From the IMG/VR virus record IMGVR_UViG_3300033183_000058, positions 9,854 to 73,853 of that record: a DNA stretch of 64,000 nucleotides; one strand, written 5' to 3'. Origin of the DNA: a virus. The position numbers and the translations under genes are program-made. Below are positions 45,105 to 53,579 of the stretch, in pieces; the first letter of the stretch is position 1; each line of letters opens with the position of its first letter. The notes beneath the pieces were generated by a model. It was not told the origin of the DNA. It searched no databases and saw nothing but the letters and a program-made list of their open reading frames with translations.

Positions 45105-46826
45105 ATGGCAACATACAGAAAACATTTTTCAGCGAGAACAGACGGATCACTAAGCCCAATTAGTGGTATCACAATGGATCGAACCAGCGGACAAGGTGGT
45201 AACAACAACGACTTTGCATTCCGCAACTACCAATCAAGATTACCTGAGGTATATTCAGGACATCCTAACAGGGTAGAGCGTTACAATCAATACGAAGCCA
45301 TGGACATGGATTCAGAGATCAACGCATGTTTAGATATTATTGCAGAGTTCTCAACACAGCAAAATGAACAAAACGGCACAGCATTTGATATTGAGTTTAA
45401 CGACAGTCCAACTGATCGTGAAATTGATATTATCAAGAAACAACTACAGCAGTGGGTTAAACTAAACAAGTTTGATCAACGTGCATTTAAAATGTTCCGT
45501 AACACCATCAAGTATGGTGATCAAGTATTCATCCGTGACCCAGAAACATTTGAACTATACTGGGTTGACATGTCAAAAGTTTCTAGAGTTATTGTCAACG
45601 AAGCAGAAGGTAAGAAACCAGAACAGTATGTGGTTAGAGACATTAACCCTAACTTTGAGAACTTGACAGTAGCGGCCAAAACAACACAAGACGTTGCTAT
45701 GAATCCTCCTACACAGGGCGGATATACAGCACCTAACAACTACACAGCACCGAATGCCGCATATGGTGCAGGCAATAGATTCCAACAAGCACTGAACGAA
45801 TTATGTATTGATGCCAAACACGTGGTCCATCTAAGTCTATCAGAAGGACTGGACAGTTCCTGGCCATTTGGTATGTCAGTGTTGGAAAACGTTTATAAAG
45901 TATTCAAACAGAAAGAATTGTTAGAAGACGCACTATTGATCTACAGGGTGCAACGTGCTCCGGAACGTAGAGTATTTAAGATTGACGTAGGTAACATGCC
46001 GAGCCACATGGCAATGGCCTTTGTGGAACGTATTAAAAACGAAGTGCATCAACGTAGAATACCTACAGCAAATGGTGGGTCAGGTAGTTTAATGGATGCC
46101 ACATACAATCCATTATCAATCAACGAAGACTACTTCTTCCCAACGACAGCAGACGGTAGGGGGTCAAGTGTTGACGTATTACCGGGAGGACAGAATCTAG
46201 GCGAGATTGATGATCTACGTTACTTCAACAACAAACTATCAAGAGGACTAAGAGTTCCAAGTTCATACTTGCCAACTGGTCCAGACGATAGTCCAGCACC
46301 ATTAAATGACGGTCGTGTAGGCACGGCACTTATCCAAGAGTATAGATTTAATCAATACTGTATGCGTCTACAGAACCAGGTCAGCCAGAAGTTAGATGAC
46401 GAGTTCAAGATGTTCCTGCGTTGGAGAGGCTTTAACATTGATAGTTCGATCTTCACTATCAAGTTCAATAGCCCACAAAACTTTGCAAGTTACAGACAGG
46501 CAGAACTGGACAGTCAACGTGTCAACGTATTTGGACAGCTAGAAGCATTACCATACATGAGTAAACGTTTCTTGATGCAGAGATTCCTAGGTCTAAGTGA
46601 AGAAGAGTTATTAGAAAACGAGAACCTATGGTCAGAAGAACGTGCAGAATCTGAACCATTAACACCGAGTGGCGCGGACATGCGTTCAGTTGGCGTAACA
46701 CCGGGTAACATTGAAGGTGATCTAGAAACGGCAGATGATCTAGATGCTGACCTAGAAGCACCGGATATTACGGAACCAGCAGGTGATGAAACACCGCCAG
46801 GTGCGGAAACTCCTCCAGGAACATAA
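45105..46826 (+). CDS. gp20: Portal protein
   Basis: LEDALLIYRVQRAPERRVFKIDVGNMP; EDYFFP...GRGSSVDVLPGGQNLGEIDDLRYF; LRVPSSYL. Confidence 0.96.
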   Translation: MATYRKHFSARTDGSLSPISGITMDRTSGQGGNNNDFAFRNYQSRLPEVYSGHPNRVERYNQYEAMDMDSEINACLDIIAEFSTQQNEQNGTAFDIEFNDSPTDREIDIIKKQLQQWVKLNKFDQRAFKMFRNTIKYGDQVFIRDPETFELYWVDMSKVSRVIVNEAEGKKPEQYVVRDINPNFENLTVAAKTTQDVAMNPPTQGGYTAPNNYTAPNAAYGAGNRFQQALNELCIDAKHVVHLSLSEGLDSSWPFGMSVLENVYKVFKQKELLEDALLIYRVQRAPERRVFKIDVGNMPSHMAMAFVERIKNEVHQRRIPTANGGSGSLMDATYNPLSINEDYFFPTTADGRGSSVDVLPGGQNLGEIDDLRYFNNKLSRGLRVPSSYLPTGPDDSPAPLNDGRVGTALIQEYRFNQYCMRLQNQVSQKLDDEFKMFLRWRGFNIDSSIFTIKFNSPQNFASYRQAELDSQRVNVFGQLEALPYMSKRFLMQRFLGLSEEELLENENLWSEERAESEPLTPSGADMRSVGVTPGNIEGDLETADDLDADLEAPDITEPAGDETPPGAETPPGT

Positions 46827-46834
46827 ATATTACT

Positions 46835-47056
46835 ATGACACTCAATGAAATGTATGACAGACCTCAACCTGGTTACCAAGACGTAGAAGACGATCAAGGT
46901 CAAGTTAAACTAGGTGATTTACGCAAAACTAAACTGACTCTTAAACAGATCAGTAAGATGCGTCAAATGAATGACGTCCGTGCATTTGAGAATGATCAAA
47001 AGCTAAAACGCATACAAAAACAGTATGCTCCAGCACCAGAAGCACCAAGTTTCTAA
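46835..47056 (+). CDS. Small head-cluster protein
   Basis: 73-aa ORF between portal and core genes; RKTKLTLKQISKMR. Confidence 0.7.
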   Translation: MTLNEMYDRPQPGYQDVEDDQGQVKLGDLRKTKLTLKQISKMRQMNDVRAFENDQKLKRIQKQYAPAPEAPSF

Positions 47057-47166
47057 TAATATTATAAAAATATTACATTTCTGACCATTTTTAGGCTAAA
47101 AAACACCCATATATTCCTAAAACCTGTAAATAAGTTACACTAGCCCCATATATGGAGAATTAAAAC

Positions 47167-47934
47167 ATGAATAAATTTGAACAACTTATCGAATACATCA
47201 TTAATGATGAAGAAGATAAAGCTAAAGAGTTGTTCCACGAAGTAGTAGTGGAAAAATCTCGTGATATCTACGAGAGCTTAATGGCTGAAGAAGAAACAGT
47301 TGAAGAATCAACAGAAGAAACAGTTGAAGAAGCAACTGAAGAAACAGTAGAAGAAGGAACTGAAGAAGTTGCTGAAGACGCTGTTGAAGAATCAATCGAA
47401 GAAGAAATCACAGACGAAGAAATTGGTGGTGATGCCGCTGACGACTTAGTTGACGAAATTGAAGCAGACGAAGAAGGCATCGCTCTTGAAGGTGAAGAAG
47501 ACGAAGATTTAGAAGATCGTGTTGTTGACTTAGAAGACAAATTAGACGAATTAATGGCTGAATTTGAAGAGTTAATGGCTGATCAAGACGCTGAAGAAGC
47601 ACCAGAAGAAGAAGGCGACATGGAAATGGGCGACGAAGCTGAAGAAGAAGGCGAAGAAGAAGAGGAAGTTGAAATGCCAATGGAATCTGAAGAAGAGATC
47701 GCTGAAGAAACAGAAGAAGAGCAAGTTGACGAAGCAGTATCATTAAAGCCAGTTAAGGCTGATAACGCTGATCACGCTACTAACAAAACATCTCCAACAC
47801 CAACAAACGGTGGTGCTAAAGAGAAGTTAGCAGATGCTCATCCAGCTAAAACAGAAGAAGAAAAAGGCGCTCCTGCTCCTAAGGCAAAAGAATTGCCACA
47901 TGGAACTACAGAGCCTGATCCAAAAAAAGTTTAA
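47167..47934 (+). CDS. Acidic prohead core/internal protein
   Basis: Extremely Glu-rich; SD GGAG; between portal and protease. Confidence 0.7.
   Translation: MNKFEQLIEYIINDEEDKAKELFHEVVVEKSRDIYESLMAEEETVEESTEETVEEATEETVEEGTEEVAEDAVEESIEEEITDEEIGGDAADDLVDEIEADEEGIALEGEEDEDLEDRVVDLEDKLDELMAEFEELMADQDAEEAPEEEGDMEMGDEAEEEGEEEEEVEMPMESEEEIAEETEEEQVDEAVSLKPVKADNADHATNKTSPTPTNGGAKEKLADAHPAKTEEEKGAPAPKAKELPHGTTEPDPKKV
47290..47361 (+). repeat. 24-nt tandem repeat, 3 copies (EETVEExT)
   Basis: GAAGAAACAGTwGAAGAAnnAACw units at 47290, 47314 and 47338. Confidence 0.85.
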
Positions 47935-47951
47935 TTTAGGAATCTACTAAA

Positions 47952-48578
47952 ATGGCAATGCACCTTAAGGAACACTTGAACTATAATGCGGCGAACATCA
48001 TCGTTGAAGGTTCAGAGTCAGGCAAAGACCTTTACATGAAAGGTATTTGTATCCAGGGTGGTGTAAAAAACGCCAATGAGCGAGTATATCCAGTGAAGGA
48101 AATTGAGAATGCAGTTAAGACACTCAATGAACAAATTACTGGTGGTTACTCAGTTTTAGGTGAAGTAGATCACCCAGATGACTTAAAAATTAACCTAGAC
48201 CGTGTAAGCCATATGATCACAGAAATGTGGATGGATGGCCCAAACGGCTATGGTAAATTAAAGATTTTACCAACACCAATGGGTAAACTAGTAGAAACTA
48301 TGTTGACCTCAGGTGTTAAATTAGGAGTTTCAAGCCGAGGAAGCGGTAACGTTTCTGAAAGCGACGGACAAGTCAGTGATTTTGAAATTATCACTGTCGA
48401 TGTAGTGTCACAGCCTAGTGCTCCAAATGCTTATCCTACAGCGATTTATGAAGGTCTTATGAATATGAGACACGGTCATAAAGTATTGGATATGGCTAAA
48501 GAGGCTAACGGTGACGCCAAAGTGCAGAGATACTTGAAGAGTGAAGTTATGCGACTCATCAAGGATCTCAAATTATAG
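47952..48578 (+). CDS. gp21: Prohead protease
   Basis: NANERVYP; LGEVDHP; RVSHMI; GVSSRGSG; DVVSQPSAPNAY. Confidence 0.95.
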   Translation: MAMHLKEHLNYNAANIIVEGSESGKDLYMKGICIQGGVKNANERVYPVKEIENAVKTLNEQITGGYSVLGEVDHPDDLKINLDRVSHMITEMWMDGPNGYGKLKILPTPMGKLVETMLTSGVKLGVSSRGSGNVSESDGQVSDFEIITVDVVSQPSAPNAYPTAIYEGLMNMRHGHKVLDMAKEANGDAKVQRYLKSEVMRLIKDLKL

Positions 48579-48587
48579 GAGAATGGC

Positions 48588-49679
48588 ATGCTAGATGTTA
48601 TAAAACCATTGCTCGATAGCGACTTAGTTAACGAAGAAACACGCAACGAAATCAACGAAGCGTGGGAATCTAAGTTAAATGAAGTTCGCGATCAAGTTCG
48701 TGCAGAAATCCGCGAGGAATTCGCACAGAAGTATGAACACGACAAAACAACAATGGTTGAAGCAATCGATCGCATGGTAACAGAAAGTCTTGAAACTGAA
48801 CTTGCTGACGTTAAAGCAGAAAAAGCTCAGTTAGCAGAAGATCGTGTTAACCAAGTTAACAAAATGAAAGAATCTGCAGAAAAATTTAATAACTTTATGG
48901 TTACTAAGTTAGCAGAAGAAATCAAAGATCTTCGTGAAGACCGCAAACAACACGGTGCTACAATGGAAAAATTGGAAAACTTTGTTGTTGCTCAATTAGC
49001 AGAAGAGATTAAAGAATTTGCACAAGATAAACAAGATGTTGTTGAAACTAAAGTTAAACTTGTTGCAGAGGCTCGTGAGAAACTAGAAGAACTTAAAACT
49101 AAGTTCGTTACAGAATCAAGCGAAAAAATGTCAACTGCTGTTGCCAAGCACTTGAAAGCTGAACTTTCTCAATTACAGGAAGATATCAAAGTTGCTCGTG
49201 AGAACAGTTTTGGTAGAAAAATCTTTGAAACATTTGCTAGTGAATTCGCAGGCACTCATTTAAACGAGAATGCTGAGATCCGCAAGTTAATGGCTCAAAT
49301 CGAAGAAAAGAACCAGCAATTAGAGGAATCAACCAAGGCACTCGACGAAACAAGAATGTTGGTCGAAGCCAAAGAAAGAGATATCCGCATTATTAACGAA
49401 ACTAACGAGCGTAATGCTAAGTTAGATGAATTGCTTGAAACGTTGAATGACGAAAAAGCAGAAGTGATGCGTAATTTATTAGAAGGCGTTCAAACTAAGA
49501 AATTAGAGAATGCTTTTAACAAGTATCTCCCAGCGGTGCTTAACGAGAATGTAGTGAAGTCTAAGAAAGCGACACTTACAGAATCTGTTAAGGAAGTTAC
49601 TGGGGATAAACCTGCGCCAGTTGAAGCAAAAGATGATGACTCACAAGTTATCGACTTACGCAAATTGGCCGGACTATAA
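48588..49679 (+). CDS. gp22: Prohead scaffold protein
   Basis: Long Glu/Lys coiled coil between the protease and major capsid genes. Confidence 0.85.
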   Translation: MLDVIKPLLDSDLVNEETRNEINEAWESKLNEVRDQVRAEIREEFAQKYEHDKTTMVEAIDRMVTESLETELADVKAEKAQLAEDRVNQVNKMKESAEKFNNFMVTKLAEEIKDLREDRKQHGATMEKLENFVVAQLAEEIKEFAQDKQDVVETKVKLVAEAREKLEELKTKFVTESSEKMSTAVAKHLKAELSQLQEDIKVARENSFGRKIFETFASEFAGTHLNENAEIRKLMAQIEEKNQQLEESTKALDETRMLVEAKERDIRIINETNERNAKLDELLETLNDEKAEVMRNLLEGVQTKKLENAFNKYLPAVLNENVVKSKKATLTESVKEVTGDKPAPVEAKDDDSQVIDLRKLAGL

Positions 49680-49701
49680 GTAAAGACATTAGGAGAAAGA
49701 T

Positions 49702-50877
49702 ATGTCACAAGAACTACTTGAAAGCCGTTGGGGTGAAACTAAAGAAGCATTATTAGAAGGCCTCCAAGGTAATAAGAAAAATTCAATGGGTGTTGTTTTA
49801 GAAAACACTCGTAAGCACTTGATGGAGACATCAGCGGCTGGCACAACAACAGCTGGTAACGTTGCTACATTAAACCGTGTGATCCTTCCAGTGATCAGAC
49901 GTGTGATGCCAACAGTTATCGCTAACGAAATCGTTGGTGTTCAACCAATGACAGGCCCAGTTGGTCAAATCCATACATTAAGAGTGCGTTATGCAGAAAC
50001 AAACAATGCTACTGGCACTGCTAACGATGTAACAGCAGGTGACGAAGCATTATCACCATTCAAGATTGCTACTGCATATTCTGGTGATGGCACTGCAGGT
50101 AATGCAGATGTAACAGCGGCTAAAGAAGGAACAGGCGGTCGTAAGATCTCAGTTCAAATCTTGAAACAAGCTGTTGAAGCAAAAACACGTAAATTACAAG
50201 CACGTTGGACATTTGAAGCGGCTCAAGATGCACAAGCTATGCACGGCATCGACGTAGAAGCAGAAATCATGGCGGCTTTAGCACAAGAAATTACTGCTGA
50301 AATCGATCAAGAAATCTTAGCATCTTTACGTTCATTAGCGGCTACAGAGTTCACATACAACCAGAACACAGTTTCAGGCACAGCGACATTCGTTGGTGAC
50401 GAGCATGCGGCACTTGCTGTTTTAATTAACAGAACTGCTAACTTGATCGCTCAAAGAACACGTCGTGGCGCAGGTAACTGGGCTGTTGTATCTCCAGCGG
50501 CATTAACAGTATTACAATCTGCTACAACTTCAGCGTTCGCAAGATCAACTGAAGGCACATTTGAAGCACCAACAAACACTAAATTCGTTGGCACATTAAA
50601 CGGTGCTATGAAAGTTTATGTTGACTCATATGCTTCAGATTCTACAGCAGTATTAGTTGGTTACAAAGGCTCAAGCGAATCAGATGCGGCGGCGTTCTAT
50701 TGCCCATACGTTCCACTAATGAGCTCAGGTGTTGTTTTAGATCCATCAACATTTGAACCAGTAGTATCATTCTTAACACGTTATGGCTACGTAGAATTAA
50801 CAAACACAGCATCATCATTTGGTAATGCTGGTGACTACGTGGGAGAAATTGCTGTTTCTAACTTATCATTCTCATAA
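49702..50877 (+). CDS. gp23: Major capsid protein
   Basis: GVQPMTGPVGQI; AKTRKLQARWTFEAAQD; EITAEIDQEI; FYCPYVPL; TRYG. Confidence 0.97.
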   Translation: MSQELLESRWGETKEALLEGLQGNKKNSMGVVLENTRKHLMETSAAGTTTAGNVATLNRVILPVIRRVMPTVIANEIVGVQPMTGPVGQIHTLRVRYAETNNATGTANDVTAGDEALSPFKIATAYSGDGTAGNADVTAAKEGTGGRKISVQILKQAVEAKTRKLQARWTFEAAQDAQAMHGIDVEAEIMAALAQEITAEIDQEILASLRSLAATEFTYNQNTVSGTATFVGDEHAALAVLINRTANLIAQRTRRGAGNWAVVSPAALTVLQSATTSAFARSTEGTFEAPTNTKFVGTLNGAMKVYVDSYASDSTAVLVGYKGSSESDAAAFYCPYVPLMSSGVVLDPSTFEPVVSFLTRYGYVELTNTASSFGNAGDYVGEIAVSNLSFS

Positions 50878-50904
50878 GTTGATACAGCACACGCTGTTAA
50901 CATT

Positions 50905-50935
50905 AAAAGAGGACTTTTCGGAGTCCTCTTTTTTT
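50905..50935 (+). terminator. Rho-independent terminator after the major capsid gene
   Basis: AAAAGAGGACTT-TTCG-GAGTCCTCTTTT stem with U-tract. Confidence 0.9.
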
Positions 50936-50947
50936 GACTCAAATTTC

Positions 50948-51048
50948 TATAAATACTATTACTCGCACACGGGGTGCGTTTTTATGCTGTTACCATATCA
51001 GCGTAGCGGATAGAACCCGCATTGGACTTCTATAAGGAGAAATATAAA
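50948..51048 (+). promoter_or_regulatory. Late promoter plus structured 5' leader
   Basis: TATAAATA at 50948-50955; four consecutive hairpins, the last containing the SD. Confidence 0.6.
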
Positions 51049-51405
51049 ATGGGTAGACCAATAGACAAATACTTTTTAGGTGCAACCGGCGGTTCGCCAG
51101 CAACTATTCCAGTTCGTGCAGACATTAGTGGAACAGACTTTGAAGGTTACATCGTTAATCAAAAAGGTTCTAAAACTTTCACAGTATCAAACGACGCAGG
51201 CACACTTCAAGGTGAATGTGTTTTAGTTGACAAAGTTAACGGTCACGATGCAGGCGAAATGTCTATCGTTGGCTTAGCAGACGGTTCTGCGACAACGATT
51301 CAAAAGATCACAGCTCACAAAGCAGTTGACTATAATGGCAACGCTTACTCATGGGCAGTGGCAGACGATTCATCTGAATCACTATTAATCTTAACAGCAC
51401 TATAA
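51049..51405 (+). CDS. Probable capsid decoration/structural protein
   Basis: Starts MGRPIDK at ATG 51049 after SD TAAGGAG; immediately after the major capsid gene. Confidence 0.65.
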   Translation: MGRPIDKYFLGATGGSPATIPVRADISGTDFEGYIVNQKGSKTFTVSNDAGTLQGECVLVDKVNGHDAGEMSIVGLADGSATTIQKITAHKAVDYNGNAYSWAVADDSSESLLILTAL

Positions 51406-51425
51406 TTTAAGATTATTATCGACGC

Positions 51426-51463
51426 AAGTCCCTTCTTAGTAAATACTCTAAGAAGGGATTTTT
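51426..51463 (+). promoter_or_regulatory. Hairpin sequestering the RBS, with a late promoter in its loop (may also act as terminator)
   Basis: 14-bp stem 51426-51439/51448-51461; loop TAAATACT; the 3' arm carries AAGAAGGGA just upstream of ATG 51464. Confidence 0.65.
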
Positions 51464-52042
51464 ATGACAGTAGCATTTGTATTAGGTAATGGTAAAAGTA
51501 GACTAGCAATAGATCCACAACAGGATCTAATAGGTAGAGGAACCATATATGGTTGTAATGCTATATACAGAGATTTCATGCCACAGGTTCTTGTGTCAAC
51601 AGACAAACCAATATCAGATCAAATACAACTTGAGGGAATACCTGAGCGTGTAAAGCACTGGACACGCAGACCTTTACCAGATTCAAAGTCACTAAAGATA
51701 GAGAGACCATACTATGGCATGAGCTCAGGACCAGTTGCCATAAGCCGTGCGGCCATAGATGGACATACACACATATACTTTATTGGGTTTGATCTAGGAT
51801 CACCTGATGGTCTACTTAACAATGTCTACGGTGGCACAGAATTCTATAAAGCCAATACCGATAAAGCAACGTTTGCGGGTAACTGGGTTTATCAAATAGA
51901 TCAGATAGCAGATCTACATAGAAAATCAATATTCTTTCGAGTTCTTGGTCAAGAATCTACAGCAATTAAATTTAAAAATAAATGGAAGAACATTGAGGAT
52001 ATCTCAATGGAGCAGTTTAAACTGAAGATAAATAAGTTGTAA
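51464..52042 (+). CDS. Maf/DUF115/sialyltransferase-like protein
   Basis: AFVLGNGKSR; YGCNA; SSG..A; IYFIGFD motifs typical of the GT29/GT42/Maf-like fold. Confidence 0.6.
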   Translation: MTVAFVLGNGKSRLAIDPQQDLIGRGTIYGCNAIYRDFMPQVLVSTDKPISDQIQLEGIPERVKHWTRRPLPDSKSLKIERPYYGMSSGPVAISRAAIDGHTHIYFIGFDLGSPDGLLNNVYGGTEFYKANTDKATFAGNWVYQIDQIADLHRKSIFFRVLGQESTAIKFKNKWKNIEDISMEQFKLKINKL

Positions 52043-52055
52043 ATAGGACAGGACC

Positions 52056-52727
52056 ATGGCAACAGTAAAAAGAACATCAGGTGATTACAACATATACACA
52101 TACGATGCCGCAGGCAACGTAGATGGTAACGTAGGTATCACTACACATACAGTTACTATCACTGGTAACCTCAACGTATTAGGAACAACTACCGAAGTTA
52201 CTTCAACAGATACAGTTATTGCTGATAGATTGATTACACTTAACAATGGTGAATCAGGCGCTGGCGTAACTGGTAACTTATCTGGCATTGAAGTTGATCG
52301 AGGCACAGAAACAAATGCTAGACTTGTTTATGTTGAGTCAACAGATATGTGGTCAATTGACAACGGTGACGGAACTGTAGTTGCTATCGCTACATCAGTA
52401 TCTGGCAACGCAGGCTTAGATAACATTGTAGAAGATACAACACCACAACTAGGTGGCGACTTAGATGTTAATGGTCAAAGCATTGTGTCAGCAAGTAACG
52501 GTAATATTGTTATTGCCGCCAACGGCACAGGTATTTTACACGTTGATGGTTCAGCAGTAAGATTACAAAATGAAGGATCAGATCCAACAGGGCAATCAGG
52601 TTACACAACTGTTTATGCTAAAACAGCAGGGTCAGGCGGCACAGGTCTATATGCTGTGTCAGGATCAACATCCGCAGACGAATTAGTAAGCAAATCAAAA
52701 GCCGTAGTATTCGGTATTATATTTTAG
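52056..52727 (+). CDS. Virion structural protein (fibre-like)
   Basis: ITGNLNVLGTTT; GIEVDRG; DTTPQLGGDLDVNG module. Confidence 0.7.
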   Translation: MATVKRTSGDYNIYTYDAAGNVDGNVGITTHTVTITGNLNVLGTTTEVTSTDTVIADRLITLNNGESGAGVTGNLSGIEVDRGTETNARLVYVESTDMWSIDNGDGTVVAIATSVSGNAGLDNIVEDTTPQLGGDLDVNGQSIVSASNGNIVIAANGTGILHVDGSAVRLQNEGSDPTGQSGYTTVYAKTAGSGGTGLYAVSGSTSADELVSKSKAVVFGIIF

Positions 52728-52737
52728 GAAGTAACAA

Positions 52738-53052
52738 ATGGCAATTTCAACAAACGCAGTAGGAAATACAGCAACAACAGTTTACACATCAAGTGGTAAT
52801 ACAGCAATTACATACATGACGTTTACTAATCACACTGCATCAACAGTAGCAATTGATATCAATGTAGTGCCAAGTGGTGATTCAGTTGGTAATGTAAACT
52901 TAATTGCAGATTCTTTAGATGTAGCGGCCAATGATACATATCAAATTTATGCATCAGGTGAAAAGTTATTGTTAGAAAACGGTGACTTTGTTAGTGCAAC
53001 ATGTAATACAGCGTCGGCACTAAACTGTGTAGTATCATACACTTCTATCTAA
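52738..53052 (+). CDS. Small virion structural protein
   Basis: Beta-rich 104 aa; KLLLENGD; structural cluster. Confidence 0.65.
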   Translation: MAISTNAVGNTATTVYTSSGNTAITYMTFTNHTASTVAIDINVVPSGDSVGNVNLIADSLDVAANDTYQIYASGEKLLLENGDFVSATCNTASALNCVVSYTSI

Positions 53053-53060
53053 GGTAATCT

Positions 53061-53477
53061 ATGTCAACAGGTAGATTTTTAAAAGAGCCAGTTATAGCAA
53101 CTACTGCTAAAAGTATTGGCGTGCCAACTGGTAGCACTGCTACCAGACCTGAAGCACCTACCTTTGGCACATTTAGATATAATTCAGACGTGGGTCGTTT
53201 AGAATATTATAACGGCACAGCATTTAAACAAGTAGCACTTGACGGTGAGAAAACAATGACTGTTGACACTTTTACAGGTGACGGCACAACAGCAACATTT
53301 ACACTATCAGAAACTCCAACAGGCACAGGACAAATTCTAGTGTTCATCAGTGGTGTTCATCAAGAACCAGACACTCACTATACTCTAGCAACAGACGATC
53401 TTATTTTCAACGAACCAGTTCCAGACCTGGAAACTATTACAGTTATTATTGGTATGGGCGAAACTCCAGATTCTTAA
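53061..53477 (+). CDS. Virion structural/adaptor protein
   Basis: PTGSTATRP..G.FRYN....LEYYNG module followed by FTGDGTTATFTL module. Confidence 0.65.
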   Translation: MSTGRFLKEPVIATTAKSIGVPTGSTATRPEAPTFGTFRYNSDVGRLEYYNGTAFKQVALDGEKTMTVDTFTGDGTTATFTLSETPTGTGQILVFISGVHQEPDTHYTLATDDLIFNEPVPDLETITVIIGMGETPDS

Positions 53478-53482
53478 TTAGA

Positions 53483-53579
53483 TAAATAAACGCATAACCA
53501 ACACGGTGTTGGGGACAAACCGAGGTAAACCTGCGATTGAACAAGGTTATCCGTGAAACACGGAGGATGAGGAGATACT
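53483..53579 (+). promoter_or_regulatory. Late promoter plus structured 5' leader
   Basis: TAAATA at 53483-53488; hairpins CCAACA/TGTTGG, AACC..GGTT enclosing AGG-TAAA-CCT, and TCCGTG-AAA-CACGGA; SD GAGGAG. Confidence 0.6.

Noticed and set aside
53515-53550. Resemblance of GGTAAACC...GAACAAG to RNase P RNA, or of GACAAACC to a c-di-GMP-I riboswitch
   Set aside because: The region is too short and lacks the other conserved elements (P4 GAGGAAAGUCC; GEMM P2 tetraloop/receptor)
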